From assembly GCA_965203485.1 (NCBI GenBank), contig OZ241892.1, positions 640,001-704,000 on the forward strand: 64,000 nucleotides of DNA, read 5' to 3'. Below the pieces are notes generated by a model. The model was not told the DNA's origin and searched no databases. It saw only the letters and a list, made by a program, of their open reading frames with translations. Position 1 is the first letter of the stretch; every line of letters starts with the position of its first letter. This DNA is from Longimicrobiales bacterium. Its GTDB lineage: Bacteria; Gemmatimonadota; Gemmatimonadetes; Longimicrobiales; Gaopeijiaceae. A program made the position numbers and the translations under genes. Positions 20,103 to 30,896 of this stretch are shown piece after piece.

Positions 20103-20424
20103 AGACGCGAGGGGCGGAGCCGGCCCGTCCAGCGGGGCCGCGGGGGGCGCCTCGCGAATGGAGTCGCTGGCCGAGGCGGTGGGCCGGGCCGTGGAAGCCG
20201 TGCGCGAGGCGCGCCGGCGAGCGGCGAGCGCGGAGGAACGCGCGAGGCGGAGCGACGAGCTGCTCCGCCAGTTCGTGGGCGGCGAGCGCGATCCCGTCGC
20301 CTTGTCGGGACGCCTGTCCGAGCTGGAGGCGGAGAACGAGATGTTGCGGGCGCGCGTCGACAAGGGGCGCCGCGAAGTGGACCGCGTGCTGGCGCGCATC
20401 CGGTTCTTGGAGAACGAGCATTGA
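20083..20424 (+). CDS. Coiled-coil protein, ZapB-like cell division factor
   Basis: Heptad-rich LSELEAENEMLRARV; between pheT and zapA; AAGGAGG RBS before GTG 20083. Confidence 0.6.
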   Translation: MSSQGAEDARGGAGPSSGAAGGASRMESLAEAVGRAVEAVREARRRAASAEERARRSDELLRQFVGGERDPVALSGRLSELEAENEMLRARVDKGRREVDRVLARIRFLENEH

Positions 20425-20690
20425 GCCGCGCGCCGGAGACGGAGCGCAGGGCCGTGCGGGTCACGATCGCCGGCGAGGAGTACGTGCTGCGCACCGGCGC
20501 GGACGAGGCGCACACGAAGAAGTGCGCGGCGATCGTGGACGAGCGCATGAGGCAGGCGGGCGCGGAAGGCGGGCTGGAACGCGACAAGGTGGCGGTCATG
20601 GCGGCCCTCCTGCTGGCCGACGACTTGTTGCAGGGCCAGTCGGAAGCGGCGGACTTGGCCGCGCGGCTGGACGAAGCGATCGCGCGGTGA
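20421..20690 (+). CDS. zapA: Cell division protein ZapA
   Basis: VRVTIAGEEYVL...VDERMR...KVAVMAALLLADDL. Confidence 0.9.
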   Translation: MSRAPETERRAVRVTIAGEEYVLRTGADEAHTKKCAAIVDERMRQAGAEGGLERDKVAVMAALLLADDLLQGQSEAADLAARLDEAIAR

Positions 20691-21958
20691 CCGAGAGGCG
20701 CGGCCGCCGCGTCGGCGCCGGGGTCACGCGGCGGGACTGGCTTGCCGCCGCGTCGGCCGCCGCCGCGGGCGCGGCGATGGGCCGTTCGAACGCGGTGCGG
20801 CTGGTCGCGCAGGAGGGTGCGCAGGCCGCCGACCCCACGAGGACGCCGGGCCGCCTCGTCTCCGAGGTCGGTTCGCGCGCGCCCGGCGAACAGCCCCGGC
20901 GTCTCGTCCGCGCCCTGGCCCTGTCCAGCTCGTCGCGCACGCCGATCCAGGAGCTGTTCGGCGTCGTGACCCCGTCGGACCTCCACTTCGAGCGCCACCA
21001 CGCCGGCGTGCCGAGCATCGAGGCGCCGTCGCACGAGCTGCTCGTCCACGGCATGGTCGAGCGGCCCCAGGTCTTCGACATGGCCGCCCTCGCGCGCTTC
21101 CCGCGCGTCTCGCGCCTTTGCTTCGTCGAGTGCTCGGGGAACGGCGGCGGCGCCTACTCGCGCGATCGGATGCCCACGCGGATCACGCCCCAGCAGCTCG
21201 ACGGCTTGGTCAGCACGAGCGAGTGGACCGGCGTCATGCTCGCCACCGTCCTGCGCGAGGCCGGCGTGCGTCCGGGCGCGAGCTGGCTCCTCGCGGAGGG
21301 CGCCGACGCGGCCGTCATGTCGCGCAGCATCCCCCTGGCGAAGGCCATGGACGACGCCATGCTCGCCTACGGCCAGAACGGCGAAGCGATCAGACCCGAA
21401 CAAGGCTATCCGGTGCGGTTGCTCCTGCCGGGCTGGGAAGGGAACGCGCAGGTCAAGTGGATCAGGCGCATCGAAGTCTCCGACCGTCCCACGATGACCC
21501 GCGACGAGACCTCGCGCTACACCGACCCGCTGAAGGACGGCACGGCCCGCCAGTTCAGCTTCGTCATGGACGCCAAGTCGATCGTGACGTTCCCTTCCTA
21601 TCCCTACGCGCTGACCCAACCCGGCTGGTGGGAGATTCAAGGCCTGGCCTGGTCGGGCCGGGGCCGGATCGCGCGCGTCGAAGTCAGCGTGGACGCGGGC
21701 CGCACTTGGACCGACGCCCGCTTGCAGGGGCCCGTGCTGTCCAAGTGTCCCGTGCGCTTCCGCAGCCTGTGGCGGTGGGACGGGCGGGAGACCGTGATCG
21801 TGAGCCGCGCCACCGACGAGACCGGCTACGTCCAGCCCACGGTCCACGACCTGTGGCGGGCCCGCGGCGAACGCACCGCGTACCACCAGAACCACCAGCG
21901 CGCCTGGAAGGTGGCCCGCAACGGCGCCGTGACCTTCGGGCTGGCGGACCTCCTGTGA
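20687..21958 (+). CDS. soxC: SoxC-type sulfite oxidase family molybdoprotein (sulfite dehydrogenase), Tat-exported
   Basis: Tat motif TRRDWL, FERHHAG, Mo-ligand ECSGNG, EQGYPVRL..PGWEG, SRATDETGYVQP. Confidence 0.88.
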   Translation: MTERRGRRVGAGVTRRDWLAAASAAAAGAAMGRSNAVRLVAQEGAQAADPTRTPGRLVSEVGSRAPGEQPRRLVRALALSSSSRTPIQELFGVVTPSDLHFERHHAGVPSIEAPSHELLVHGMVERPQVFDMAALARFPRVSRLCFVECSGNGGGAYSRDRMPTRITPQQLDGLVSTSEWTGVMLATVLREAGVRPGASWLLAEGADAAVMSRSIPLAKAMDDAMLAYGQNGEAIRPEQGYPVRLLLPGWEGNAQVKWIRRIEVSDRPTMTRDETSRYTDPLKDGTARQFSFVMDAKSIVTFPSYPYALTQPGWWEIQGLAWSGRGRIARVEVSVDAGRTWTDARLQGPVLSKCPVRFRSLWRWDGRETVIVSRATDETGYVQPTVHDLWRARGERTAYHQNHQRAWKVARNGAVTFGLADLL

Positions 21959-22656
21959 CGGCGCCGCGCGAACTTGCCGCCGGGCGCGCTTGCGCTCGGC
22001 GCCCCTTCGGACGGCTCGTGGCCCTGTTCGGTTCGGCGGCGCTGGCGGCGTGCGTTGCGGACCAGCCCGGCGGAGACGGAGCGCCGGGCACGGCCGCCTT
22101 GGCGCCGGCCGCCGTTGCCGGCTCGGAGACGGCGCCCCCGCCGCCGGGACCCGGCCAGCCGACGGCGCTTCCCGCCGGTTCCCCGGCGCTCTTCGGCTTC
22201 GGGAGCGCCGCTTCGCCGGAGCGCATCGCCCGCTGGGACATCGACGTCAAGCCCGACGGCGAAGGACTGCCGCCCGGAAGCGGCTCCGTCGCCGGGGGGC
22301 GGCGCGTGTACGAGGCGCGGTGCGCGGCATGCCACGGGCTCTCCGGCACGGAGGGCCCCAACGAACGGCTGGCTTCGGCAGGAGCTTGGGAGCAGTGGCC
22401 CGCCGATCGCGCCGTCGGCGGCTACTGGCCGTACGCGACCACGCTCTTCGACTACACGCGCAAGGCGATGCCGCAGGACGCCCCTGGTTCCTTGTCGGAC
22501 AACGAGACCTACGCCGTGGTCGCCTACGTCCTCAGGCTCAACGGCTTGGTCTCGGCCGACGCGGTCCTCGACTCCGCGGCCCTTGCGTCGATCCGCATGC
22601 CCGCGCGCGGCAGATTCGTGCCCGACGACAGGACCGGCGGCCCGGCGATTCGCTGA
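21955..22656 (+). CDS. soxD: SoxD-like monoheme cytochrome c lipoprotein
   Basis: Lipobox LAAC, WDIDVKPDGEGLPPGSG, CAACH, YWPYATTLFDY..AMP. Confidence 0.8.
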   Translation: MTAPRELAAGRACARRPFGRLVALFGSAALAACVADQPGGDGAPGTAALAPAAVAGSETAPPPPGPGQPTALPAGSPALFGFGSAASPERIARWDIDVKPDGEGLPPGSGSVAGGRRVYEARCAACHGLSGTEGPNERLASAGAWEQWPADRAVGGYWPYATTLFDYTRKAMPQDAPGSLSDNETYAVVAYVLRLNGLVSADAVLDSAALASIRMPARGRFVPDDRTGGPAIR

Positions 22657-22701
22657 TCGCGCGGCCTGCCCGGAACGGAGCCGGTCCTTCCTGGTTCCGG
22701 C

Positions 22702-22731
22702 TTGCGCCGGGTCGTCGCGCCGCCGTATGCT
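22702..22731 (+). promoter_or_regulatory. Putative sigma70 promoter of rny
   Basis: TTGCGC-N18-TATGCT. Confidence 0.4.
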
Positions 22732-22824
22732 AGTTGCCGCATCCGGGAGCCGCCGGACGGTCGGCGGCGGCCGTTGTCGAATCGTTTTCGGCCGGGCGCG
22801 ACCGCGCGGCCGTGGAGACCATAC

Positions 22825-24411
22825 ATGGACCCGCTGGGAATTGCCCTGGCGGTGGGCGCTGTCGCCGCGGCGCTCGGATTCCTCGTCGGCAGGGGACTGG
22901 AGCGGGCGCGGCGGCGTAAAGAGAAAGAAGAAGCAAGGGACGAGGCTTCGCTGGTCCGGAAGCAGGCGGAGACGGACGCGGCGAACTTGCGGCGCGCCAC
23001 CGCGGTGGAGGCCAAGGAAGATGCGTTTCGCCTCCGCGAGGCTTGGGAGGCCGAGGAGACGCGCCGAAGAGCGGACGTCAAGGAGGCCGAGCGGCAGTTG
23101 CGCGAAGACCGGCGCGGCGCAGGGCGCAGGGCGGAACAGCTCGACCGCCGCGAGGAGTCCCTGAAGCGCGCTGAAGGCGATCTCGAGGAGCGGGCGCGCG
23201 CGGCGAAGGACGAGGCGGCGGCGCTCGCCGCGCAGAAGGACGAGGTGGGCCGCCTGCGGATCGACGCGCTGGTGCGCCTCGAAGCGGTCGCGGGCATGTC
23301 GGCGGACGAGGCCAAGGCGAAGCTCGCCGAGGCGGTCGAGGACGAGGCGCGGGCCGAGGCGGCGAACAGCGTCCGCCAGATCCGCGAGGAGGCCAAGCGT
23401 ACCGCCGACCGCGAGGCCAAGCGACTGGTCGCCATGGCGATCCAGCGGATGGCGGCCGACGAGACGGCCCAGCTCACGGTCTCGGTCGTGCATCTTCCGT
23501 CCGACGAGATGAAGGGCAGGATCATCGGGCGCGAGGGCCGCAACATCCGTGCCTTCGAACACGTCACGGGGATCAACGTGGTGATCGACGACACCCCGGA
23601 GGCGGTGGTGCTCTCGGGCTACGATCCGGTGCGGCGCGAAGTTGCCCGGCTTGCGCTGGCGAGGCTGGTCGACGACGGCCGCATCCATCCGGCCCGCATC
23701 GAGGAGGTGGTCGCCAAGGCCGCCGACGACGTCGAGGGGCAGATGCGCGAGGCCGCGGACGACGTGCTGTATCGGCTGGGCGTGCACGGCGTGCCCGAGG
23801 AGGTCGTCAAGGCGCTCGGCCGGCTCAAGTTCCGGACTTCCTTCGGCCAGAACCAGCTGGCGCACTCCTACGAGGTTGGAGCGCTTGCGGGCGCCATGGC
23901 CGCCGAGATGGGCTTGGACGCCGCCATCGCCAAGCGGGCCGGCGTGCTCCACGACGTGGGCAAGGGCCTCACCCACGAGCAGGAAGACACGCACGTGGAG
24001 CTCGGACACCGCCTCTGCAAGCGGTGCGGCGAGCCCGACGTGGTCCTCAACGCCATCCGCGCCCACCACGGGGACGAGCCGCACCGGTACGCCGAGGCGT
24101 GGCTGGTCTCGGGCGCCGACGCCATCAGCGGATCTCGGCCGGGCTCGCGCAGGGAGGCGTTCGAGGGCTACGTCGAGCGGCTCGGCAAGCTGGAGGAGAT
24201 CGCGATGGAGCACCCTGGGGTGGAGCGCTCGTTCGCCATTCAGGCAGGCCGCGAGCTTCGTGTCATGGTCCAGCCCGACCAGGTGTCGGACGAGGCGATG
24301 GCGCGCATCTCCGAGGACGTGGCGCGCCGGATCGAGAACGCGGTGCAATACCCCGGCCAGATCAAGGTCGTCGTTATTCGGGAGACCCGCGCAGTGGACT
24401 TTGCGAGGTGA
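22825..24411 (+). CDS. rny: Ribonuclease Y
   Basis: N-terminal TM, coiled coil, KH domain [16 protein letters not shown] motif LHDVGK, YPGQIKV. Confidence 0.96.
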   Translation: MDPLGIALAVGAVAAALGFLVGRGLERARRRKEKEEARDEASLVRKQAETDAANLRRATAVEAKEDAFRLREAWEAEETRRRADVKEAERQLREDRRGAGRRAEQLDRREESLKRAEGDLEERARAAKDEAAALAAQKDEVGRLRIDALVRLEAVAGMSADEAKAKLAEAVEDEARAEAANSVRQIREEAKRTADREAKRLVAMAIQRMAADETAQLTVSVVHLPSDEMKGRIIGREGRNIRAFEHVTGINVVIDDTPEAVVLSGYDPVRREVARLALARLVDDGRIHPARIEEVVAKAADDVEGQMREAADDVLYRLGVHGVPEEVVKALGRLKFRTSFGQNQLAHSYEVGALAGAMAAEMGLDAAIAKRAGVLHDVGKGLTHEQEDTHVELGHRLCKRCGEPDVVLNAIRAHHGDEPHRYAEAWLVSGADAISGSRPGSRREAFEGYVERLGKLEEIAMEHPGVERSFAIQAGRELRVMVQPDQVSDEAMARISEDVARRIENAVQYPGQIKVVVIRETRAVDFAR

Positions 24412-24463
24412 TTCGGCGCGCAGGCGCGTCTCCCCAATCCCCCTGAACAAACTGGAGCCTTCC

Positions 24464-25360
24464 ATGCCGGCGAAGATCATTTCGGGAACCAAGATTGCTC
24501 GCGAGATTCGCGAAGAACTCCACGCGCGCGTGAAGGCGCTGGCCGCCGATGGGCTCGTTCCCGGTCTTGCCACGGTGCTGGTGGGCGACAGTCCTGCGAG
24601 CCAGCTCTACGTGGGAATGAAGAACCGGGCGGCAGGCGAAGCCGGCATTCACTCGCGCCAGGCGACGCTGCCGGCGGACACGAGCGAAGCGGACCTGCTC
24701 GCCTTGGCCGCCGAACTCAACGCCGATCCGGCGGTGCACGGCATCCTGGTGCAGTTGCCGTTGCCCGAGCAGATCGGCGAAGCCAAGGTCCTGGAGGCCA
24801 TCGATCCGGCCAAGGACGTGGACGGCTTCCATCCCATGAACGTGGGCCGCTTGGCCACGGGAGACCCCGGCGTGCTGGCCCCGTGCACGCCGTTGGGCGT
24901 CGTCGAGATGCTCATGCGAAGCGGTTGCGACCCAGCGGGCAAGCACGTGGTCGTGGTGGGCCGTTCCAACATCGTGGGCAAGCCGATGGCGTTTCTGCTG
25001 CTGCGCCAAGTCCCGGGCGGCAACGCCACGGTGACGGTCGCCCACAGCCGCACGGCCGACTTGGGCGCGGTGACGCGCCAGGCGGACATCCTGATCGTGG
25101 CGGTCGGCAGGCCGGGCACGATCGCTGCCGACATGGTCAAGCCGGGAGCCGTCGTGATCGACGTCGGCACCAACCGCGTGGACGACCTGAACGCGGAGCG
25201 CGGCTACCGGGTCGTGGGAGACGTGGACTTCGAGGCCGTTCGGGAAGTCGCCGCGGCGATCACGCCGGTGCCGGGCGGAGTGGGGCCGATGACGATTGCC
25301 ATGCTGCTCGCCAACACGGTGACGGCGGCGGTTCGGTTGCGCGCGGGCGGGGCCGGATGA
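24464..25360 (+). CDS. folD: Methylenetetrahydrofolate dehydrogenase/cyclohydrolase
   Basis: [38 protein letters not shown]. Confidence 0.96.
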   Translation: MPAKIISGTKIAREIREELHARVKALAADGLVPGLATVLVGDSPASQLYVGMKNRAAGEAGIHSRQATLPADTSEADLLALAAELNADPAVHGILVQLPLPEQIGEAKVLEAIDPAKDVDGFHPMNVGRLATGDPGVLAPCTPLGVVEMLMRSGCDPAGKHVVVVGRSNIVGKPMAFLLLRQVPGGNATVTVAHSRTADLGAVTRQADILIVAVGRPGTIAADMVKPGAVVIDVGTNRVDDLNAERGYRVVGDVDFEAVREVAAAITPVPGGVGPMTIAMLLANTVTAAVRLRAGGAG

Positions 25361-26742
25361 TCGCGGGTGGTCCGGCGACCGGCGGAGCGCCCCGGGCGCC
25401 GGTATGGACGGTGCGGCAAGTCGCCGAGGCCGCGCGCGGCCTGCTCGAGCGCGAGGCCGGCCACCTTTGGGTGAGGGGCGAGACGGCGAATGTGTACCAA
25501 GCGCCGTCGGGGCACTGGTACTTCACGCTCAAGGACGCGGAGGCCGAGATGGCGTGCGTGCTCTTCCGCTGGGACGCCGAAAGGTTGGCGGCCGGTCCGC
25601 GGAACGGGGCGGGCGTTCGCGTTCTCGGCGGGCTCACGCTGTACGAGCCGAAGGGGCGGTTTCAGCTGCGGGTGCGCCGGATCGAGGCGGAGGGGGCGGG
25701 CGGCGCGTGGAGGCGGCGCTTCGAGGCGTTGCGCCTGAAGCTCGAGCGCGAGGGGCTGATCGATCCGGAGCGGCGGCGTCCGCTGCCGCGCTTTCCGCGC
25801 GTGGTCGGCGTGGTGACGTCGCCGTCCGGGGCGGCGCTCCGCGACTTGGTCTCGGTGCTGGGCCGGCGGGCTCCATGGGTGCGGCTGCTCGTCCGAGGCA
25901 CGAGAGTGCAGGGCGAAGGAGCGGCGGCCGAGATCGCGGACGCGCTGCGCGTGCTCGGCGCTCGGCGCCCGGACGTGATCGTGGTGGCGAGAGGCGGCGG
26001 ATCCGAAGAGGATCTTTGGAGCTTCAACGAGGAGGAGGTGGCGCGGGCAGTCGCCTCGTGCTCGGCGCCGGTGGTGTCGGGAGTCGGGCACGAGACCGAC
26101 GTGACGATCTGCGATCTCGTGGCGGACCTGCGGGCGGCCACGCCGTCGGCGGCCGCGGAGGCGGTGGCTCCCGACCGCGAATCCGTCGCGCAGCGCCTGG
26201 ACGAGCGAGCCGCGAGACTGGCGAAGGGGCTGGCGGGCAAGGCTCGCTTGGCGCGGACGCGGCTGGAAGCGGGGCGCCGCGAGCTGCGACGGCGGGGCTG
26301 GCGTCTGGGCGCCGGTCAGCGGGCGCGTCTCGCCGGGCTCCGGCCGCGTCTGGCGGGCGCCTCGCGCCGGCGGATCTCCCTGGAGGTGCGGCGCCTGGGC
26401 GGATTGCGCGCCCGGCTGGCGGACGCGCCGCGCGGCCCGATCGAGGCGAAGAAGGCGGGCCTGCGGCGAGGCGAGTCGAGGATGCGCGACCGGGTCGTCG
26501 CGCTGAAGGACGGCAGGCAGGCTTCGTTGGCCCGGGCGGCGGCCGCCTTGCGGGCGCTCTCTCCGCTGGGAACGCTGCGGCGGGGCTTTGCGATCCCGCT
26601 GGACCCGGAAGGCGCGGCGTTGCGGCGGGCCGGCGACTTCGCGGCGGGCCTGCGCTTCACCTTGCGCGTGGCCGACGGAAGCGTGCCATGTTCCGTGCTC
26701 GCGACCGAAGCCGTGGCCCCTGAGCCGGAGATCGACGAATGA
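25357..26742 (+). CDS. xseA: Exodeoxyribonuclease VII large subunit
   Basis: [35 protein letters not shown]. Confidence 0.95.
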   Translation: MIAGGPATGGAPRAPVWTVRQVAEAARGLLEREAGHLWVRGETANVYQAPSGHWYFTLKDAEAEMACVLFRWDAERLAAGPRNGAGVRVLGGLTLYEPKGRFQLRVRRIEAEGAGGAWRRRFEALRLKLEREGLIDPERRRPLPRFPRVVGVVTSPSGAALRDLVSVLGRRAPWVRLLVRGTRVQGEGAAAEIADALRVLGARRPDVIVVARGGGSEEDLWSFNEEEVARAVASCSAPVVSGVGHETDVTICDLVADLRAATPSAAAEAVAPDRESVAQRLDERAARLAKGLAGKARLARTRLEAGRRELRRRGWRLGAGQRARLAGLRPRLAGASRRRISLEVRRLGGLRARLADAPRGPIEAKKAGLRRGESRMRDRVVALKDGRQASLARAAAALRALSPLGTLRRGFAIPLDPEGAALRRAGDFAAGLRFTLRVADGSVPCSVLATEAVAPEPEIDE

Positions 26743-26996
26743 GCGGCGAACCGGCGGACGCGCCCAGCTTGGAGGCGCGGCTGGCCAGAATCGACGAGAT
26801 CGTCACCGAGCTTGACTCCGATTCCGTGGAGCTGAGCCGGGCCCTGACCCTGTTCGAAGAGGGCATGCAGCACGTCAAGAAAGCCGAGGAGGCGCTCGGG
26901 CAGGCCGAACTTCGCGTGACCGAGCTGGCCGGTCCGGAGGGCGAAGAGGAAGTGGCCTTCGATCCCGAGGACGGCGAGGGCCCGGAAGATTCCTGA
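26739..26996 (+). CDS. xseB: Exodeoxyribonuclease VII small subunit
   Basis: LEARLARIDEIVTEL...LFEEG; follows xseA. Confidence 0.92.
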   Translation: MSGEPADAPSLEARLARIDEIVTELDSDSVELSRALTLFEEGMQHVKKAEEALGQAELRVTELAGPEGEEEVAFDPEDGEGPEDS

Positions 26997-27048
26997 CGTC
27001 GCCGCGCACGACGGCCCGGCGGACGCCGCCCGCGCGGCCGCCGCGCCC

Positions 27049-27969
27049 GTGGCGACGAACGGCCCGGCCGGCCCGAACGGGTTTCGCGCCTATGCCGAGC
27101 GCCATCGCCCGGGGATCGAGGCCGCGCTCCAGCGGTGCGTCGCCCGCCTCGCCGCCTGCTTGCCCCCCGGCCTGGCCGCGGCCGCGCGCCACGGGGTGCT
27201 CGGAGGCGGCAAGCGGATACGCCCGTTGCTGCTCTTGACGGCGTACCGTGAACTGGGCGGCCCGCGCCCGCAGGCCGTCCACGAGCTGGCCTGCGCTCCG
27301 GAACTCGTGCACGGCTACTCGCTCATGCACGACGACCTGCCCTTCATGGACGACGCGCCGTTGCGGCGAGGGCGCCCCTCCTGCCATGCCGCGCACGGAG
27401 TGGCCGCAACCGTGGCCGCGGGCGCACTGCTGATACCGTGGGCGGCTCTGTGCGCGTGGGAGGGCGCTAGGAAGGCGGGCGCCGACGACCAGCGCGCGCG
27501 CCGCGTCGCGGCATGCCTGCTGGACGCTGCTGGAGCAGGCGGCATGATCGGGGGACAGGCGCTCGACTTGGAGGCGGAGGGACGAACGCTGGACGAGAGG
27601 CGGCTGGAGTTCCTGCACGATCTCAAGACGGGCAGTCTCATCGCGGCGTCGCTCGTCGCCGGCGCGGTGGCGGCGGGAGCGAACGCGGTCCAGCGGCATG
27701 CGGTCGCCCGCTACGGCCGGTGCGTCGGCTTGGCGTTTCAGGTCATGGACGATGTCCTCGACGCCACGTCTTCCGCTCAGGTGCTGGGCAAGCGCCCGTC
27801 GGACGCGCGGATGGCGAAGTCGACCTACGTGGGTCTGCTGGGTGTGGAGGGCGCCCGCCAGAAGGCGGGCTTGCTGGCCGCCGAGGCGAACCGGGCGCTC
27901 GACGAAGCGCGTGTGGCCGCGCCCAGGCTCCGCGAGGCGGCGCGCTTCGTGGTCGAGCGGCGCCGATGA
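27049..27969 (+). CDS. ispA: Polyprenyl (farnesyl/geranylgeranyl) diphosphate synthase
   Basis: GGKRIRP, SLMHDDLPFMDD..RRG, GQALDL, FQVMDDVLD. Confidence 0.9.
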   Translation: MATNGPAGPNGFRAYAERHRPGIEAALQRCVARLAACLPPGLAAAARHGVLGGGKRIRPLLLLTAYRELGGPRPQAVHELACAPELVHGYSLMHDDLPFMDDAPLRRGRPSCHAAHGVAATVAAGALLIPWAALCAWEGARKAGADDQRARRVAACLLDAAGAGGMIGGQALDLEAEGRTLDERRLEFLHDLKTGSLIAASLVAGAVAAGANAVQRHAVARYGRCVGLAFQVMDDVLDATSSAQVLGKRPSDARMAKSTYVGLLGVEGARQKAGLLAAEANRALDEARVAAPRLREAARFVVERRR

Positions 27970-28901
27970 GCGGCGGTCCCTTCAAGCGGATCGCCGTCGT
28001 TGTTCGGCACGTGCCCCGGGCGGACGAGGGCGTCGACCAGGCGCCGGACGGCATGGCGGAAGCCTTGGAGGCGTACCGGCGCATCGCGGGCATCGCGTCC
28101 GACTTCGGCGCGACCGTCGCGGTCGAACCCTCCTTCGCGCCGCTTGCGCCGCAGGCGCCGGTGGCCGACGTGGCGCGCGACGATGTGGATCTGGTGGTCT
28201 CGTTGGGGGGAGACGGAACGCTCCTGCGAGCCGCTCGGTCCGTCTTCGGCCGCGGCGTGCCGATCCTGGGCATCAACCTAGGCCGTTTGGGGTTTCTCAC
28301 CGCCTTGTCTCCCGGCGGGATCGCCGAGGGCGTGCGGCGCATCCTGGGCGGCGGCTACCAAATCGAAGACCGCGTCGCGCTCGAGGCCGAGATCCTCCCT
28401 CGCCGCGACGGGCAGGCTCGTCGCTTCACGGCCCTCAACGACGTGGTGGTGCACAAGGCGGGCGCGGCAAGGGTCGTGCGGCTCGACCTCTGGGCGGGCG
28501 CGGTCCGCGGCCGGGAAGAGGAGATCGGCAGCTTCTCCGGCGACGGCGTCATCCTCTCGACCCCGACCGGCTCGACGGCCTACTCGCTCTCGGCGGGAGG
28601 CCCCATCGTCGCGCCGGAGCTCGACTGCCTGCTGGTGACCCCCATTCTGCCGCACACGCTGGCGGTGCGTCCGCTGGTCGTGCCGGGCAAGGAGACGATC
28701 ACCGTGGCGGCGCTCGACGGCTCCGGACCGCTCTACTTGACCGTGGACGGACAAGAGGGCGTCTCCTTCGCCGCCGCCGCCCGCGTCTCGGTGCGCATCG
28801 GAGAGGCCAGGACGCGCCTCGTGCGCTTGCCGGGACATTCCTTCTTCGCGACGCTGCGCCAGAAGCTGAGTTGGGCGGTGCGCCCGGTGGCGGGAAGCTG
28901 A
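27966..28901 (+). CDS. nadK: NAD kinase
   Basis: LGGDGTLL, GINLGRLGFL, ALND, STPTGSTAYSLSAGGP. Confidence 0.95.
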   Translation: MSGGPFKRIAVVVRHVPRADEGVDQAPDGMAEALEAYRRIAGIASDFGATVAVEPSFAPLAPQAPVADVARDDVDLVVSLGGDGTLLRAARSVFGRGVPILGINLGRLGFLTALSPGGIAEGVRRILGGGYQIEDRVALEAEILPRRDGQARRFTALNDVVVHKAGAARVVRLDLWAGAVRGREEEIGSFSGDGVILSTPTGSTAYSLSAGGPIVAPELDCLLVTPILPHTLAVRPLVVPGKETITVAALDGSGPLYLTVDGQEGVSFAAAARVSVRIGEARTRLVRLPGHSFFATLRQKLSWAVRPVAGS

Positions 28902-28991
28902 CTGGGCCCGGCGGGCTCGGCGGCGCCCCGCGCCCCCGCCGCCCCATCCCGCCATGTTCACGTCCCGGGCGCCGCCCGATCTTTGTCGTCC

Positions 28992-30683
28992 ATGCTGGTT
29001 GAACTGCGGATCCGAAACTTCGCCGTGCTTGAAGAGCTGACGATCCCGCTGTCCCCCGGGCTGAACGCCGTCACCGGCGAGACGGGGGCGGGCAAGTCGG
29101 TGATCGTGCGCGCGCTTGCCCTGCTCTTGGGCGGGCGGGCGTCCGCGGGCGCGGTGCGCAGCGGCCGGGAGCGGGCGCTGATCGAAGGCGTGGCCGACGT
29201 GCGGGCCGTCCCCGCCGCGGAGGCGCGCCTCGGCGAACTGGGCTTCGAGGCCGAGGACGGGCAGGTCGTGATTCGCCGCGAAGTTCGAAGCGGGGGCCGA
29301 AGCCGCGCCTGGATCAACGGATCGCCCGCCACGGCCGGCAACCTGAAGCACGTGGGCGAGGCGCTGGTCGACCTGCACGGACAGCACGATCATCAGCGCT
29401 TGCTCTCGTCCGCGTTTCAGCGCGCGGTGCTGGACGCCTACGGCGGCTCGGGCGAGCTGGCGCGCGAGGTGGAGGCTCTGTTCCGCGACGCCGAACGTCT
29501 CCAAGCCGCGCTCGGCGCCAAGGAGGCGCGCGGCCGCGAACTCGAGGTGCGCGCCGCGGTCGTCCGCCGCGAGCTGGAGGAGATAAGGGGCGCCGAGCTG
29601 CGAGTCGGCGAGGAGGCGGAGCTGAGGGCGGACGAGGTCCGCTTGGCCAGCGCGGAGACTCTAGCCGAGGAGAGCAGCGCGCTCCACGATCTCCTGCACG
29701 GAGGAGACGGCGCCCTCACGGACCGGCTCGCCCAGGCCGGCCGACGGCTCGAACGCCTTGCGGAGACCGACCCGGCGGGACTGTCTTCGCTGGCAGGCGC
29801 GGTTCGCGACGCCTACCACGCGGTGGCCGACGCGGCCTCCGAGCTGGCCAGCTACTCCGCCGCCGTCGACCACGACCCGTTGCGCCTGGAACGCATTCGC
29901 GAACGCCAGGCGGCGTTGCAGACCCTCAAGCGCAAGCACGGCGGCTCGCTGGAGGAGGTCGTCGCCAAGGGCGAGACCCTGGCCCGCGAGATCGACGAGC
30001 TGGACGCGTCCGGCCTGGACTTGCGCGAGCTGCGGGCCCGCTTGGCCAAGGCTTGGGCCGCTTGGCGCGAAGCATCCGCCCGGCTGACGCGCCGCCGAAC
30101 CCGGGCGGCCCAGCGCCTCTCGGAGAAGACCGAGGCCCTGTTCGCCGGACTGGGCCTGGAGGGCGGCCGCTTCTCGGTGCGCTTGGCCAGACGCGACGCG
30201 CCGTCGGCGCAGGGACGGGAGCACGTCGGCTTCATGGCCACCATGAACCCCGGCTTCCCGCCGGGGCCGCTGGCCCGCATTGCCTCGGGCGGCGAGCTGT
30301 CGAGGGTGATGCTGGCGCTCAAGTCGGTCCTCGCGGGCGCCGACGACCTGCCGACGCTGGTCTTCGACGAGATAGACGCGGGGATCGGCGGCGCGGTGGC
30401 GAGCCGGGTCGGCGATCAGCTGCGCGCCGTGGCCCGGGGGCGGCAAGTCGTCGTCGTCACGCACTTGGCGCGCATCGCCAGCCGCGCTTCCTGCCACTTG
30501 GTCGTGCACAAGGACGCCTCCGTCGATGTCGCATCCACGTCCGTCCGCCGCGCGAGCCGCGGCGACCGCGTGCGCGAGATCGCGCGAATGCTGGGCGGCG
30601 ATCCGTGCTCCGAGCCATCGTTGGAGCACGCTCGGGCGTTGCTGGAAGAAGCGCGGACCGGGACCGGCGGCGAGCGGGGCTGA
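28992..30683 (+). CDS. recN: DNA repair protein RecN
   Basis: TGETGAGKS, HGQHD, ASGGELSRVMLA, FDEIDAGIGG. Confidence 0.96.
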   Translation: MLVELRIRNFAVLEELTIPLSPGLNAVTGETGAGKSVIVRALALLLGGRASAGAVRSGRERALIEGVADVRAVPAAEARLGELGFEAEDGQVVIRREVRSGGRSRAWINGSPATAGNLKHVGEALVDLHGQHDHQRLLSSAFQRAVLDAYGGSGELAREVEALFRDAERLQAALGAKEARGRELEVRAAVVRRELEEIRGAELRVGEEAELRADEVRLASAETLAEESSALHDLLHGGDGALTDRLAQAGRRLERLAETDPAGLSSLAGAVRDAYHAVADAASELASYSAAVDHDPLRLERIRERQAALQTLKRKHGGSLEEVVAKGETLAREIDELDASGLDLRELRARLAKAWAAWREASARLTRRRTRAAQRLSEKTEALFAGLGLEGGRFSVRLARRDAPSAQGREHVGFMATMNPGFPPGPLARIASGGELSRVMLALKSVLAGADDLPTLVFDEIDAGIGGAVASRVGDQLRAVARGRQVVVVTHLARIASRASCHLVVHKDASVDVASTSVRRASRGDRVREIARMLGGDPCSEPSLEHARALLEEARTGTGGERG

Positions 30684-30896
30684 AATCAAACCGGGCGTTG
30701 GCCTTCGACGAACGGGTCGCACCCCTGGCCTCCGGCGCGCGAAGCTTGCCGGACGATCGACGACGCGATTCGTGGAGGTCGCGACTGGCGACCCGGGAGA
30801 GGCTTGGCCACGACGCCGTCTCGGGCGGGTGGGCACCGACGATCTTCATGCGGCGGGCGGTCTCGGGCCGGCCGCGCGGCGCGCCGGCGCAACGCA

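Noticed and set aside
17414..21958. 1514-aa ORF
   Set aside because: Only the last 423 aa (soxC) are real; the rest is an Arg/Gly-rich off-frame shadow of pheT, typical of high GC.
22657..22824. 6S RNA expected near zapA/rny
   Set aside because: The gap is short and holds a plausible promoter; no long 6S-like rod or recognisable motif was seen. An Rfam scan would be needed to exclude it.
30684..30896. Possible small ORF or gene remnant between recN and the exported protein
   Set aside because: No frame gives a convincing start, RBS or recognisable motif.
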